Below are positions 25,659 through 36,912 of a stretch of DNA of 64,000 nucleotides, piece after piece (position 1 is the stretch's first letter; each line of letters opens with the position of its first letter). The notes under the pieces are model-generated. The model searched no databases. It saw only the letters and a program-made list of their open reading frames with translations, and was not told the DNA's origin. Source of the stretch: Macrostomum lignano (taxonomy: Eukaryota). The DNA lies in assembly GCA_002269645.1 (NCBI GenBank), contig NIVC01000257.1, forward strand, positions 434,001 through 498,000, written 5' to 3'. The translations under genes were made by a program, and so were the position numbers.

Positions 25659-27550
25659 TTAACCAAGATTGTTCTGTATATCAGCCACAAATTTTTAATT
25701 TGGTATTATCTAACATTTAATGAATACACAGGATTATTAATACATTTGCGCCTGTAAATTTTTAGCGATTTTAGCGTAATTTATTATTAATTTTGTTGTT
25801 GAACCGCGCCGTATTTGTGTGATTTCCTATGCTTTTACAGACAGGTTTACAAGTTATATTTTAGTTTTGTTATCCAGCAAATATTCGTTAAAGGTCTTTG
25901 TCTTTGCTATTCCAGAAAACTTGGCACCATAGATCTTATCTACACTAGATAGGCCACTCAGTAGCACCCAGCCAAACCATTGAATCTATAGGAAGCTTTC
26001 CAAGAAGCGGTATTTTCATCTAATTCTCAGTAGTTAGTGCGCATATTTGTCAGTAGCTGAAACGAGAATTAAATGCTTTGTTTATTCAGCTGTGTCAGCG
26101 AAGACTTGAAATGCCATTGCATGAATACTGTGAGATTATAATCAGCAGAGTGCGTTTTCAGAGAAAGAAATCGTCTATGCATTTCTTCTGGGTCAGAAGG
26201 CTGTTGGAAAGCAGTGTAGATTTTAAAGAAAACTGAAAGAAGTTGGCGTAAAAAATTACTTTGCGTCATTTTATTGCGATTAAATATATTTTTTCGGCCA
26301 TGTCCATAGGCTACTGACAATTTGTTTTCAGCAGTGCAAGTGAACATGTTATCGTCCACGAGTCATTGTTGGGTGTCATTTTCTACACATTGACTGGATG
26401 GGGAGTGGCCTATCTAGTGTATATGAAATCTATTCTTAGCACTAAAAACCCTAGAAGTGACCAATAGATAAATATAATTGGACGATGTGTTGTTAAGTCT
26501 GAAACCATTTCGCTGTGAATTCTTTCTATGTTGACTTTTGCATTAAGGATGCCGCCTTAAAACATATTTATTCGATAGTTACATACGAGCGTATGTGTTA
26601 GAACACTATAAAGCCAGTTACCCCAGTATAATTTGCACTTTTCAATGATAAAATTGGCTGCCCTAGACAAGTAAAGTCCCAACTATGTTTTCCCGCAACT
26701 TTTCTTTTGACAATTTTTACTTCATATTTATAAATTTTATAACTCGAAAAAAAAATTTATAAAATGTTTGAAAAATTCCATTTTTGATATTAGTTTCACT
26801 GTTAATTTTTATTTTAAGACCCGTCAATATTTTGTTTAGCCTCATTGTTGCACAACACAACAACAACAACAGAATACGCTGTCATGATGGTAAAAGTCAG
26901 CGTCACACAGCACACAGCAAGTTCATTTTTAGTTATAAGTTAGTTTCAAACGGGAGTACCAAGTTTGCTTGTTGAATGGGTTCAGCTTCCGCTACACTCA
27001 ACAAGCAGCTTGTCGAAGTTTCTTGCTGACTACAAAGGGGGTATCTTGTGGCCACAGATTCGTAGTTTATGAGGCTCGCAGGAGCAAGCTATTGGGTGAA
27101 GTGCTTTGCGGTAAAATAAGATGGCATCAGTAAATAAAATTGATGCTCTCTGTCGCCTATCGGTATCAGCGTTGCCATTCTCAACGACTCAATATGAATT
27201 CTAATTTAGCGTCAACGGCAAAGCAACGTTAAAAGTGCGTGGGAAACATTAAAAATAAGCAGGCACCCTATATGTATAGAAATATCCGTAGTGTTGTGGA
27301 ATCTGTGTAACATACACTAGCAAACTTTAACAGCCAAGCTTCATACACCTTTTTTTGAAAATGTCTACTTAAGATTTTTTCAAAACACAGCTGCGGTTTT
27401 GAGACAAGTTTTGCGGCTCTCAATTTAATAAATAATTTGCCAGAAGCTTATCTATTAAAGACGATAGGTTAATAACTAGTCAGTGTCATTCTGTCAATCT
27501 TATATCCAAAGAGTTCAATCTTATCATATATTAATTACTTCATGCCAGCC

Positions 27551-29356
27551 ATGGCCACCGCCTCAGCAGACGCTTCAGGCGACAGTGCTCAGTCTGTGGA
27601 GCAGCTACTCACCTGCTCTGCGTGCTGCCGCATGGTCTCCGATCCCAGACTGTTGCCATGCTCACACTCTGTGTGCCTCAGCTGTGTGGACTCGCTCAGA
27701 GAAGCCACAGACCGGTGCACAGGCAGCTGCCCTGTCTGCCAGCAGAAAATTCAGCTGCCGAATAATTCTTCTGAGCTGAAGCGCGACATCACGAAGTGTC
27801 AGTTTGCCAAAGCGTTGAATATCACAGAGAAGAGCAGAGAGCTCTGCTCAGCTCCTGACTGCCAGAATGCGTGGAAGGCCGTGTCAGCCTTGTCGAGCCT
27901 AGCCATGTGCGAGCAGCATCTGCAGGCGGAGCTGGACCGGCTGGCTGCAGAGGCGGCCTCACTGAGAGAGCCGGTCGCGGCTGCACTGGCGCCAGCAAGC
28001 CGTCTCTCAGGAATTTGTAGTCGAGCGGCAGAGAAGAAGCAGAGTCTGGAGGCCACGCAGCGAGAGGTGGAGTCGAAGTTCGAGAGACTTCGAGAGCAGC
28101 TCGAGGACGCAGAGACGCTGGCGTTGAAGGCAGTTCGGATCGACATTGAGAGAAGCTCGAGCTGCAGCGAGAGTGCAGAGTCGATTCGAGCTCAGCTGGA
28201 GCAGTTTCAGAGTATGGGTGAGAGCTGGTCGGACTTGCAGACTGCAGGAAGTCAAGGTGCAGTGCAGCTGGTCGATGAGACGAAGAGAGCACTGCGTCAG
28301 CTTGAGCACCTTGACGACTCGTTTGCGACAGTCTCTGATCGGATCGAATCAACGGCTAAAAAGTTTGTTGCAAATCTAACTTTGGAAGTTGAGAAGTTAT
28401 CCATTGAGCTGGAAAAACTGGTTGATCAAACGGTTTCGTGCCGACGTGTGTTGTCGTTGAAAAAATCAAAGTCCGTTAAACTGCAGAGCGCACCTCAGTT
28501 TGTGACTCTGTTATCGGACTGCAAGCTGATGTTGGACAAGAACTCGTGTTTCACTTTCATCCCCTTTAACGATAAAATTCCTGCTGGAGCTGTAGCAATT
28601 CGTGGTTCGGTTTTGTGTTATCTATTTCAAACACAGTATTCTGAGCCAACTATGCACTTGTTTTCATTTCCTGGTTGTGACCTTATTTTAGGAGGATTTT
28701 TCAAAATTCCTTATTGGCATCAGGACAGCGCGCTATGGTCAGAAGATCCTGATTACATAGTTAAAGCATGTTTCGGTGTTTCTTCAAGAAGCGTTTTTAT
28801 TTTGGCTTTCTCAGAAGCGATCGCTAGTTATTATGTCGGAGGCAAGCTTTTAAAACGCATCCAAACTAACCATTCGTCAATGTGGTCATTTTGTTCGAAG
28901 TCAGAGCAGCTACTCGTTTTTTCACGAAATCATGGCATGAGCTTGTATGATTCGGAGCTGCAGATTATGAAATTAATTCCGGTTTCGAATTTGTCGTGTC
29001 CTTCCGTATTGTCAATGTGCCCGCAGTTCATCCTGGCAGACTTGGGTGATGGGCAGGTGTCAAGAATTGAGGTTAGCACCCGCAGCGTGACCACACTGGC
29101 ACAGTGGAAACACCTGAGAGCTCAACTTCAAGGCGCCAGTGTTATTTGTGAAGCTAAAAGCGAATTGTGCTTTGTACGCGTTGAAAAGTCAATCTTTGTA
29201 ATGAACGAACAATTTGATTTAGTTGAAACGCTGGAAATAAGAAATGTACGATCAGGCGGCTTCTTCAAGGTCCGCATCTCAAACGTGGATTATCTTGTCC
29301 TGTGCAGTGCTGCCGAAAAGTCCGTTGACTTTATCTCAATTAATAACTATGAGTAG
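27551..29356 (+). CDS. TRIM-like copy B, intronless RING-degenerate B-box-coiled coil-NHL-like protein (601 aa; in-frame upstream ATG at 27542)
   Basis: RING CSACCRMVSDPRLLPCSHSVCLSCVDSLREATDRCTGSCPVC; heptad-rich coiled coil; ~40-aa beta-blade periodicity with NHL-like FILADLGDGQVSRIEV and MSLYDSELQIMKLI; uninterrupted ORF. Confidence 0.85.
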   Translation: MATASADASGDSAQSVEQLLTCSACCRMVSDPRLLPCSHSVCLSCVDSLREATDRCTGSCPVCQQKIQLPNNSSELKRDITKCQFAKALNITEKSRELCSAPDCQNAWKAVSALSSLAMCEQHLQAELDRLAAEAASLREPVAAALAPASRLSGICSRAAEKKQSLEATQREVESKFERLREQLEDAETLALKAVRIDIERSSSCSESAESIRAQLEQFQSMGESWSDLQTAGSQGAVQLVDETKRALRQLEHLDDSFATVSDRIESTAKKFVANLTLEVEKLSIELEKLVDQTVSCRRVLSLKKSKSVKLQSAPQFVTLLSDCKLMLDKNSCFTFIPFNDKIPAGAVAIRGSVLCYLFQTQYSEPTMHLFSFPGCDLILGGFFKIPYWHQDSALWSEDPDYIVKACFGVSSRSVFILAFSEAIASYYVGGKLLKRIQTNHSSMWSFCSKSEQLLVFSRNHGMSLYDSELQIMKLIPVSNLSCPSVLSMCPQFILADLGDGQVSRIEVSTRSVTTLAQWKHLRAQLQGASVICEAKSELCFVRVEKSIFVMNEQFDLVETLEIRNVRSGGFFKVRISNVDYLVLCSAAEKSVDFISINNYE

Positions 29357-30749
29357 TGAGTAGTTTGCGGTAGGATAACCTTGTTTTTCTGCTTACAAAT
29401 GTGTTTTGGCGTTTCATTGCACTGTCTGCTATTCTCAACGACCATATAGAAGTGGACAAGTCACAGGAAAAAGTCGATCGATAAGTGGTAGATGGGGCTT
29501 CTTCCTATTGGACGCATTGGTTTCTGAACTAACAGTTCTGTTTAATTTACTTGCCTTTGCTTTTAAGGGTTTCGTATGGTTCTAAAACTAATTTGAATTA
29601 AAATGGACCTTTTAAAAAATGAAGCATAAAGCCGACACTGTCCTCGGCTTAAGCCCAGCTTATGCCAAATATCGATCGAACTGAGGTGGGTGAAGGAGAG
29701 GCCATGTTCGCATAGCTTTTTGTCTCATTTCTTGACTGCAGTCTTCTCTGGAGTAGAGCATATTGTAACAAAATGTGGCTCAATGTGCATACCAATTGCC
29801 AATGTTCATTTTCTTCCACTGTTGTACTCAAGTTTTTCCTTCCTTTTCCGAATCTTTGAAAGGGAAGTTTTTCATTTATCCATAAGTTTTTGCAAATTTT
29901 TATATTTCCATTCTTTAGTGTCCTTACAGGCTTACAGTCAGTTCGATTTTTATACTATTTTTTGCTTTTTATAAGCATTGTGCAAATAATCCTTACAATT
30001 TGACTTCCATTTTCAATTGCGTTTTTTCTTACTTGACCAATATTGTATCTGTATATCTGCTACAAGTTTTAATTTTTTGTCTGATAATTATTACTTTTAT
30101 TACCTGTCAATTTTAGCCATTTAAGCGTCATTTTTGTTGATTTTGTTGTTGAAACGCCCCATTTTGGAGTGATTTCCTATGCTTTTTCAAAAGCATTTAC
30201 AAGTCATTTTAGTTGTGTTATCCAGCAAATATTCGTTAAAAGTCTTTGTCTTTGCTATGCTAAGAAACTTGGCATTAGAAACTCCAGACTAGAAGTGACC
30301 GATGAGTTCGAGACTCGACGATGTGTTATTAACTCCGAGACCATGTTATTTTCTATATTTTGCGTTGGCAAAGTTCCAGTAGTTATAAGCTAGTTTCTAA
30401 CGGGAGTACCACGTTTGCTTGCTGAGGCTTGCTTGTTGTATGTGTACAGCCTCCGCTACATTCAACAGACGGCTTGTCAAAGTTTTCTTACCGATTACTA
30501 TGGGGATATCTTATGACCACGGATACCTAGTTTATAAGGCTTACAGGAGCTAATTATTGGGTGAAGTGCTATGCGGTATAAAAGGGTTGCATGAATGCAT
30601 AAAATTGATGGACTCTTCCGCCTATTGGCGTTGCCATTCTTGACAAATCAGAGTAAATGCTAATTTAGCCGTCAATCTTTCAGTTGATAAGAAGTGCATG
30701 GGAAACTTGATAATAAGCAGACACCCTGTAGGTATAGAAACGTCGTGTT

Positions 30750-30960
30750 GTTTGTGAAGCTGAAAGCAAATTGTGTTTTATACGCGGTGCAAAGTCAATC
30801 TTTGTGATGAACGAACAATTCGAATTGGTTGAAACACTGGAAATAAAAACTGCGCTACCAGGCGGCTTCTTCAAGGTCCGCATCTCAAACATGGATTATC
30901 TTGTCGTGTGCAGAGCTGCCGGAAACTGTTGACTTTATCTCAATTAATAACTACGAGTAG
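30750..30960 (+). pseudogene. TRIM-like copy C, 3'-terminal fragment only
   Basis: Last ~70 codons of the family (..CEAESKLCFIRGAKSIFVMNEQF..GGFFKVRISNMDYL..NNYE stop) fused directly to upstream non-coding sequence, with an extra 2-nt deletion near 30925. Confidence 0.85.
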
Positions 30961-32723
30961 TGCGCTTTAAGATCAGCTTGCTTTCTGCTTCTAAAAATGT
31001 TTTGTTGTTTCACTGTCTGCTATATTCACAGAATTTATAGAAGTAGACTGATGAAGAGAGGAAAAACTCGATCGATATGTGGTATGTGGGGCTTCTCTCT
31101 ATTGGACGCAATCATTTCTAAGCAGAACATGGCTGTACAACTTGTTTGGTTATGTTTTTGATGGCGTCATCAGATTCCTGAAACAAATTCTACTTTGGAT
31201 CAGCTACTTAGAAATATAAATAAAAGTTATGGATTTTCATTCAAAGGCATAAAATGCATTATTATTCAGTCGTTTTATAACCTGTAGAAATCTTACAGAT
31301 TCAAGATACGCTCGTAGTTGCTATGTGCATTGTGCACTGCTTTACGCTCGTATCTAAGCTCTGTTCCTGTCTAAAGAAATGATAATAGTAGGTTCAGGCT
31401 GTCCTCTGCTTATAGCTTAGCTTATAGCATACCAAAATCGATTGATTTTTACACAGCTATTTTTTGTCGTCATTTACTGGGACTGGTCATCACCGAGGTT
31501 TGCCGTCTTTTTCAGAGGTAGAACATATTGTAACAAACTGTGGTTCACAGATCCATACCAATTTGCTATTTGCCAGGTTTATTTTATCACATTGTAGTTG
31601 TCTAGTCTTTTCCATTCTTTTCTGAAGCTGCGTAAAAAAGAACTTTTTAATAATCCAATAATTTATTTTTTATATAATTAACCTTTCACCTTTTCATGTG
31701 AAAACTGTTACTATTGTTGGTACGGTGTGCTCTGTTTAGAGCTTTGTGCAATAAATAATAAAGTTTTTTGTCTTTTAGTAGCGCTTTTTTTCCTACTTAA
31801 CCAGTAGTATTTTTACTGTATATCCGCCACATTTCATTTTTTTAATCAGATAATTTAATCAGATTACACTGGCTGATTAATACTATTGTACTTGTTGTTA
31901 TTGCAGTTTTTATAGGATTATTTATTGTTGATTTTTTTAAACCGCAATATTCGTGTGATTTATTAGATTTCTTCAAAACAATTTACCAGTCATATTTAAG
32001 CTTTGTTATCCAGCAAATATTTGTTAAAGGTCTTTGTCTTTGCTATGCCAAGAAACTTGGCACTAGAAACTCTGGAAGTGAGCCGGCAAGGGTAAAGAGG
32101 ATTCGGCAATAAGTTGTTGAATCTGAAACCAAGTCGCTATGAATTTTGGTTATTCTGACTTTACGTCATGACACTGACTTGAAATGCATGTATAGGAGTA
32201 GCTACACACGAGGGTGACTGATAGAATGCTATAAAATACTCGTGCTTGAAAAACCAGAAACGTGTATGAAAAATGGCCTTTTTCTTGACAGATAATATAA
32301 TATACTCTTATACTTTGCATATAATATTCAATAATAAACCTTTTTCAATCTGATTTTTATCAGATTTTCGATGTTATTTGTCAATTTAACAGCCGTCAAT
32401 ATTTTATGTAGGCTCATAGTTTGAGTCAGCAAACAAGTTCAAGTATAGAATAACTTATTATAGTTTTAGCTTCAGTACACTACTTTTGCTTGCTGAAGTT
32501 TGCTTGAATGTGTTCAGCTTCCACTGCACTCAACAGGCAGCTTGTCAATATTTTCTTGCCGATTACTAAGGGAATGTCTTGTGGCCACAGTTTTGTAGTT
32601 TATGAGGCTCATGGGAGCTAGTTATTGGGTGAAGTGCTATGCAGTATTTTTAGTGGTCTCTCTGTCACCTATTGGCGTTGCCATTTTTGACGAATCAAAA
32701 TTGAATGCAAATTTCTGATAAAC

Positions 32724-32734
32724 TGCGCATGCGC
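32724..32734. promoter_or_regulatory. NRF1-like palindromic motif upstream of copy D
   Basis: TGCGCATGCGC about 45 nt before a donor-like CAGTAG|GTAAGA; the motif is degenerate in the gene-less paralogous region near 47960. Confidence 0.25.
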
Positions 32735-33079
32735 TACTTTATCGCCAGCAACAAAGCAACGGCTTTCAATGCTTCAGTAGGTAAGATTAGCAATCTGCGC
32801 CCCCTCCGTTTGGGATTGATATGGGCAGTAATGTCTCAACGGTTGTGTGAGTAGGCTACTTCATCCAGAATACGCAGCTTACTCGCAGGTAACTGAAAAG
32901 ATCCCAAATCATATGGGATTTAGTATGCAGGAAGAATAGCATCTGTAGGGCGTAAATGAGTGCCTTTCATTAGCCATGAGGCTGTGTTTTGTGAAGTAGG
33001 ACTTACAAACCTGTGCTTTTTATTCACTCCAAATCGTACTATTTTTTGTTTAACTAATAAACCTTTCTGCAAACTGGCC

Positions 33080-34876
33080 ATGGCAACCAAAGATGACTTA
33101 CCGTCATCTGAGCAGCTGCTGAACTGCTCCGTGTGCCACCGCATGGTCTCCGATCCCAGGCTGCTGCCATGCTCACACTCTGTGTGTCTCCGCTGTGTGG
33201 ACTCAGTCAGAGATGCCACGGACAGGCGCACTGGCAGCTGCCCTGTCTGTCAGGCAAAACTTGAGCTGCCGCAGAATTCAAATCAGCTCCAGCGAGATGT
33301 CATGAAGTTTCGATTTGCGGAAAGTGTCAAGGCCTCCGTAGTCAGTACGAAGCCATGCACTCATTCTGACTGCAAGAAAATGTCAGAAAGCGTGTCAGCC
33401 TTGTCGAGCCGAGCCATGTGCGAGCAGCATCTGCAGGCGGAGCTGGACCGGCTGGCTGCAGAGGCGGCCTCACTGAGAGAGCCGGTCGCGGCTGCACTGG
33501 CGCCAGCAAGCCGTCTCTCAGGAATTTGTGGTCGAGCGGCAGAGAAGAAGCAGAGTCTGGAGGCCACGCAGCGAGAGGTGGAGTCAAAGTTCGAGAGACT
33601 TCGAGAGCAGCTCGAAGACGCAGAGACGCTGGCGTTGAAGGCAGTTCGGATCGACATTGAGAGGAGCTCGAGCTGCAGTGAGAGGGCAGAGTCGATTCGA
33701 GCTCAGTTGGAGCAGTTTCAGAGTATGGGTGAGAGCTGGTCGGACTTGCAGACTGCAGGCCTCAGTGCAGTGCAGCTGGTCGATGAGACGAAGAGAGCAC
33801 TTCGTCAGCTTGAGCACCTTGACGACTCGTTTGCGACAGTCTCTGATGTAGTGAACTCTGCGTCTGAGAGTTTAGTTAGCAGTCTAAAGCCTGAATTAGA
33901 AAAATTGTCCGCTAAACTGGAGAATCTTGTCGATCAAACAGTTTCATGCCGGCGTGTCTTGTCGCTTGAAAAATCAAAGTTTGTTAAACTGCAGAGCGCA
34001 CCTCAGTTTGTGACTCTGTTATCGGACTGCAAGTTGATGTTGGACAAGAACTCGTGTTTCAGTTCCATCCCCGATGACGGTAAAATTCCCGCTGGAGCTG
34101 TGGAAATTCGTGGTTCGGTTTTATGTTTTCTATTTCAGAAACAGAATGCTGAGCCAGCGGTGCACTTGTTTTCATTTCCGGATTGTGAAATTATTTTAGG
34201 AGGATTTTTCAAAATTCCTCGCTACTCTGTCAAGTCGGAAAATAAATTGCCGTTGCTTTTTGGTCGAGATGATTACGAAGTGAAAGCGTTTTTCGGTGCT
34301 TCTTCAAAGAGCATTTTTATTTTAGCTTTCTCGAGAGCGATAGCTACTTATTCTGTCGGATCAAAGTTTTTAAATAGCATCCCAACTAAGAATTCGTCAA
34401 TGTGGTCATTTTGTTCCAAGTCAGAGCAGCTGATAATTTTTTCACCAGATCATGGCATCGGCTTGTATAAATCGGGGCTGCAGCTTATGAAATTCATTTC
34501 CGTTTCGGATTTGTCGTGTCCTTCGGTCTTGTCAATGTGTCCGCAGTTCATCCTGGCAGACTTTGGTGATGGGGAGGTGTCAAGAATTGACGTTAGCAAC
34601 CGCAGCGTGACCACACTGGCGCAGTGGAAACACCTGAGAGCTCAACTTCAAGGCGCCAGTGCTATTTGTGAAGCTGAAAGCAAATTGTGCTTTGTATGCG
34701 GTGCAAATTCCATATTTGTGATGAACGAACAATTTGAATTGGTTGAGACACTGGAAATGAAGAATGTGCTTCCAGGCGGCTTCTTCAAAGTCCGCAGCTT
34801 AAACATGGATTTTCTTGTCGTGTGCAGCGCTGTTGGAAACTCGGTTGACTTTATCTCGATTAGTAACTATGAGTAG
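33080..34876 (+). CDS. TRIM-like copy D, intronless (598 aa from MATKDDL)
   Basis: RING CSVCHRMVSDPRLLPCSHSVCLRCVDSVRDATDRRTGSCPVC; same coiled-coil core and C-terminal propeller-like region as A and B; uninterrupted ORF. Confidence 0.85.
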   Translation: MATKDDLPSSEQLLNCSVCHRMVSDPRLLPCSHSVCLRCVDSVRDATDRRTGSCPVCQAKLELPQNSNQLQRDVMKFRFAESVKASVVSTKPCTHSDCKKMSESVSALSSRAMCEQHLQAELDRLAAEAASLREPVAAALAPASRLSGICGRAAEKKQSLEATQREVESKFERLREQLEDAETLALKAVRIDIERSSSCSERAESIRAQLEQFQSMGESWSDLQTAGLSAVQLVDETKRALRQLEHLDDSFATVSDVVNSASESLVSSLKPELEKLSAKLENLVDQTVSCRRVLSLEKSKFVKLQSAPQFVTLLSDCKLMLDKNSCFSSIPDDGKIPAGAVEIRGSVLCFLFQKQNAEPAVHLFSFPDCEIILGGFFKIPRYSVKSENKLPLLFGRDDYEVKAFFGASSKSIFILAFSRAIATYSVGSKFLNSIPTKNSSMWSFCSKSEQLIIFSPDHGIGLYKSGLQLMKFISVSDLSCPSVLSMCPQFILADFGDGEVSRIDVSNRSVTTLAQWKHLRAQLQGASAICEAESKLCFVCGANSIFVMNEQFELVETLEMKNVLPGGFFKVRSLNMDFLVVCSAVGNSVDFISISNYE

Positions 34877-35629
34877 TTTAAGGAGGATAGGATCAGCTTG
34901 CTCTGGCTGCTAGTAAAATTTTTTGTGCTTTTTTATATGGTGTTTCACTGTACTGTCTGCTATTCCCAACGACCATGAAAAGAGAAAAACTCGATCGATA
35001 AATGTTAAGGTGGGGCTTCTTCCTATTTGACGCATTGATTTCTAAACACAGCAGTTGCGAGTGCTGTCTACGAGTACAATTTGTTTGCTTTTGTTTTCAA
35101 GGCTTTTATCTGATTATAAAACTAATTCTAATTTAACTGGACCTGTAAAAATATAAAGCATGAAGCTGAGACTTATGCCACATATCGATCGAACTGGGGT
35201 GGGGTGAAGGAGGGGCGATGTTTACATTGCTTTTTGTCACTTCGTCTCGCTCTCTTTTGGGGTAGAACATGTAACAAAATGCGGCTCACAGATGCTGCAA
35301 ATTGCCAAGGTTCTTTTTATTACACTGTTGTACTCAAGTTTTTTTACCTTCTTCCGAATCTCTGTTATAAAAACGATTTTTATTTATCCACAAGCTGTTG
35401 AAACCCGCGGATTTTGAACCCGGGGAATTCCAATCCCCAGAACTACTTTTGCATGTATTCTGAAATCTAAGACCATACACAAACAAATTAATGTTAGTAG
35501 GATAGAGGTAGACATAAAATGGAGCACATTCGTGTAAAATTAGAGTTTGAGGCAAACGTTGATATTGTTTGCTGGGGTACTCCACAGAATGCCAGGCAAT
35601 GTCTGTCTGACTCTAAAACATGTATTGGC

Positions 35630-36725
35630 AAACTCTGGCCTCTCCCTGACTCTCCTATGTCCCTTGGATCCTTTAAAATTTCTATCGTCTCTCTGTTTCC
35701 TTTCTTCGCTCTCATCCCTCGTCTCTCGTCTCTCCTCTCTCCTCTCCTCTCTTCTCTCGTATCTTCCCTCATCACTCTTCTCTTTCATCTCTCTTATCTC
35801 ATCTCTTCCCTATTCTTTTCTCTCTCCTTTCCTCTCTCCTTTCTACTTTTCGTTTTCTCTCTGCTCTCCTCTCTCCTCTCTACTCTTTCGTTTTCTCTCT
35901 CCTCTCTCCCATCTTCTTTCGTATATTACCTAATCTTTCTTCTCTTTCATATCTCTTATTTCATCTCTTCCCTCTTCTTTTCTCTCTCCTCTCCTCTCTC
36001 CTCTCTCCCCCTCTTCTCTCGTCTCTTCCTTGTCCTCTCTACTCTTTCCTCTCTCTCTCCTCTCTCCTCTAGTCTCTGTAATCTCTTCTCTCTTATCTCT
36101 CCTCTGTTCTCTCTACTCTCCCATCTCTCGTCTGTTCATCTGCTCTCTCATCTGTCATCTTTACTCTCTTATACGTTCTCTCACTTATCTCCTCTGTACT
36201 CTTCTCTTTCACCTCTTCTGACTCCTCTCTTTCCTTACTCCTTTCTTCTTTTCTCTTCCCTCTTCTCTATACTCTCTCTCCTCTATTATCTTCTCTCGTC
36301 TCTCTGCACTCTCCTCTCACCTTTTTCTCTCATCTCTTCTTTTATCTGTCTCATCTCTACAATCTCATCTCTTTCCTCTCTCCTCCTCTTCCCTTTACTC
36401 TCTCATCTCTCCTTTCTCCCCTCTTCTTTCACCACTCTCTTATCTCTATCTCTTCTCTTCTCACTCCTCTATCCCCCTCAGTCTTATCTCCTCTCTTCTC
36501 TATCCTTTCTACTCTCTCCTCTCCTCTTGACCCTCTGTCATCTTCTTTCTGCTCTCTCATCTCTACTCTCTTCTCAATCTTCTCTACTCTCCTCTCTCAT
36601 CGATCCTCTGTCTCATCTCTCCCCTCTTCTCACCTTTACTCTCTCCTCTCCTTCCTTTCTCCCCTCCTCTCGCTTCTTCCTCCCTTCTTCTCTGCTCTCT
36701 CCTCACCACTTTTCCTTTTCACTCT
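35630..36725. repeat. Homopyrimidine (TC-rich) low-complexity tract inside Helitron unit 1, with similar tracts at 38330-39520 and 40920-41350
   Basis: Almost purely C/T on the + strand; produces spurious Ser/Leu-rich ORFs. Confidence 0.9.
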
Positions 36726-36815
36726 CATCTGGCCCGCAGCCATGAGCTGGATTCTTTATCTGGCCTTTGAGATAAAAATCTGCCAATCCCTGCTTCGAAA
36801 GTACTATCATGGGGA

Positions 36816-36912
36816 CCTTTGAAACTTCGCAATAGCAATCCGGCCCTCGGGTCCTTTGAAACTTCGCAATAGCAATCCGGCCCTCGGGTCCTTTGAAACT
36901 TCGCAATAGCAA
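36816..36912. repeat. 37-bp tandem repeat, about 2.6 units (CTTTGAAACTTCGCAATAGCAATCCGGCCCTCGGGTC)
   Basis: Present in unit 1 and absent from the homologous position of unit 2. Confidence 0.8.

Noticed and set aside
32960-33079. 40-aa N-terminal extension of TRIM-like copy D
   Set aside because: Starts at a GTG in AT-rich sequence; all paralogs begin at the equivalent MA methionine.
35519-36745. 408-aa Ser/Leu/Phe-rich ORF and similar ORFs at 38220-39560 and 40821-41311
   Set aside because: Stop codons cannot form in near-pure C/T sequence; this is low-complexity element cargo.
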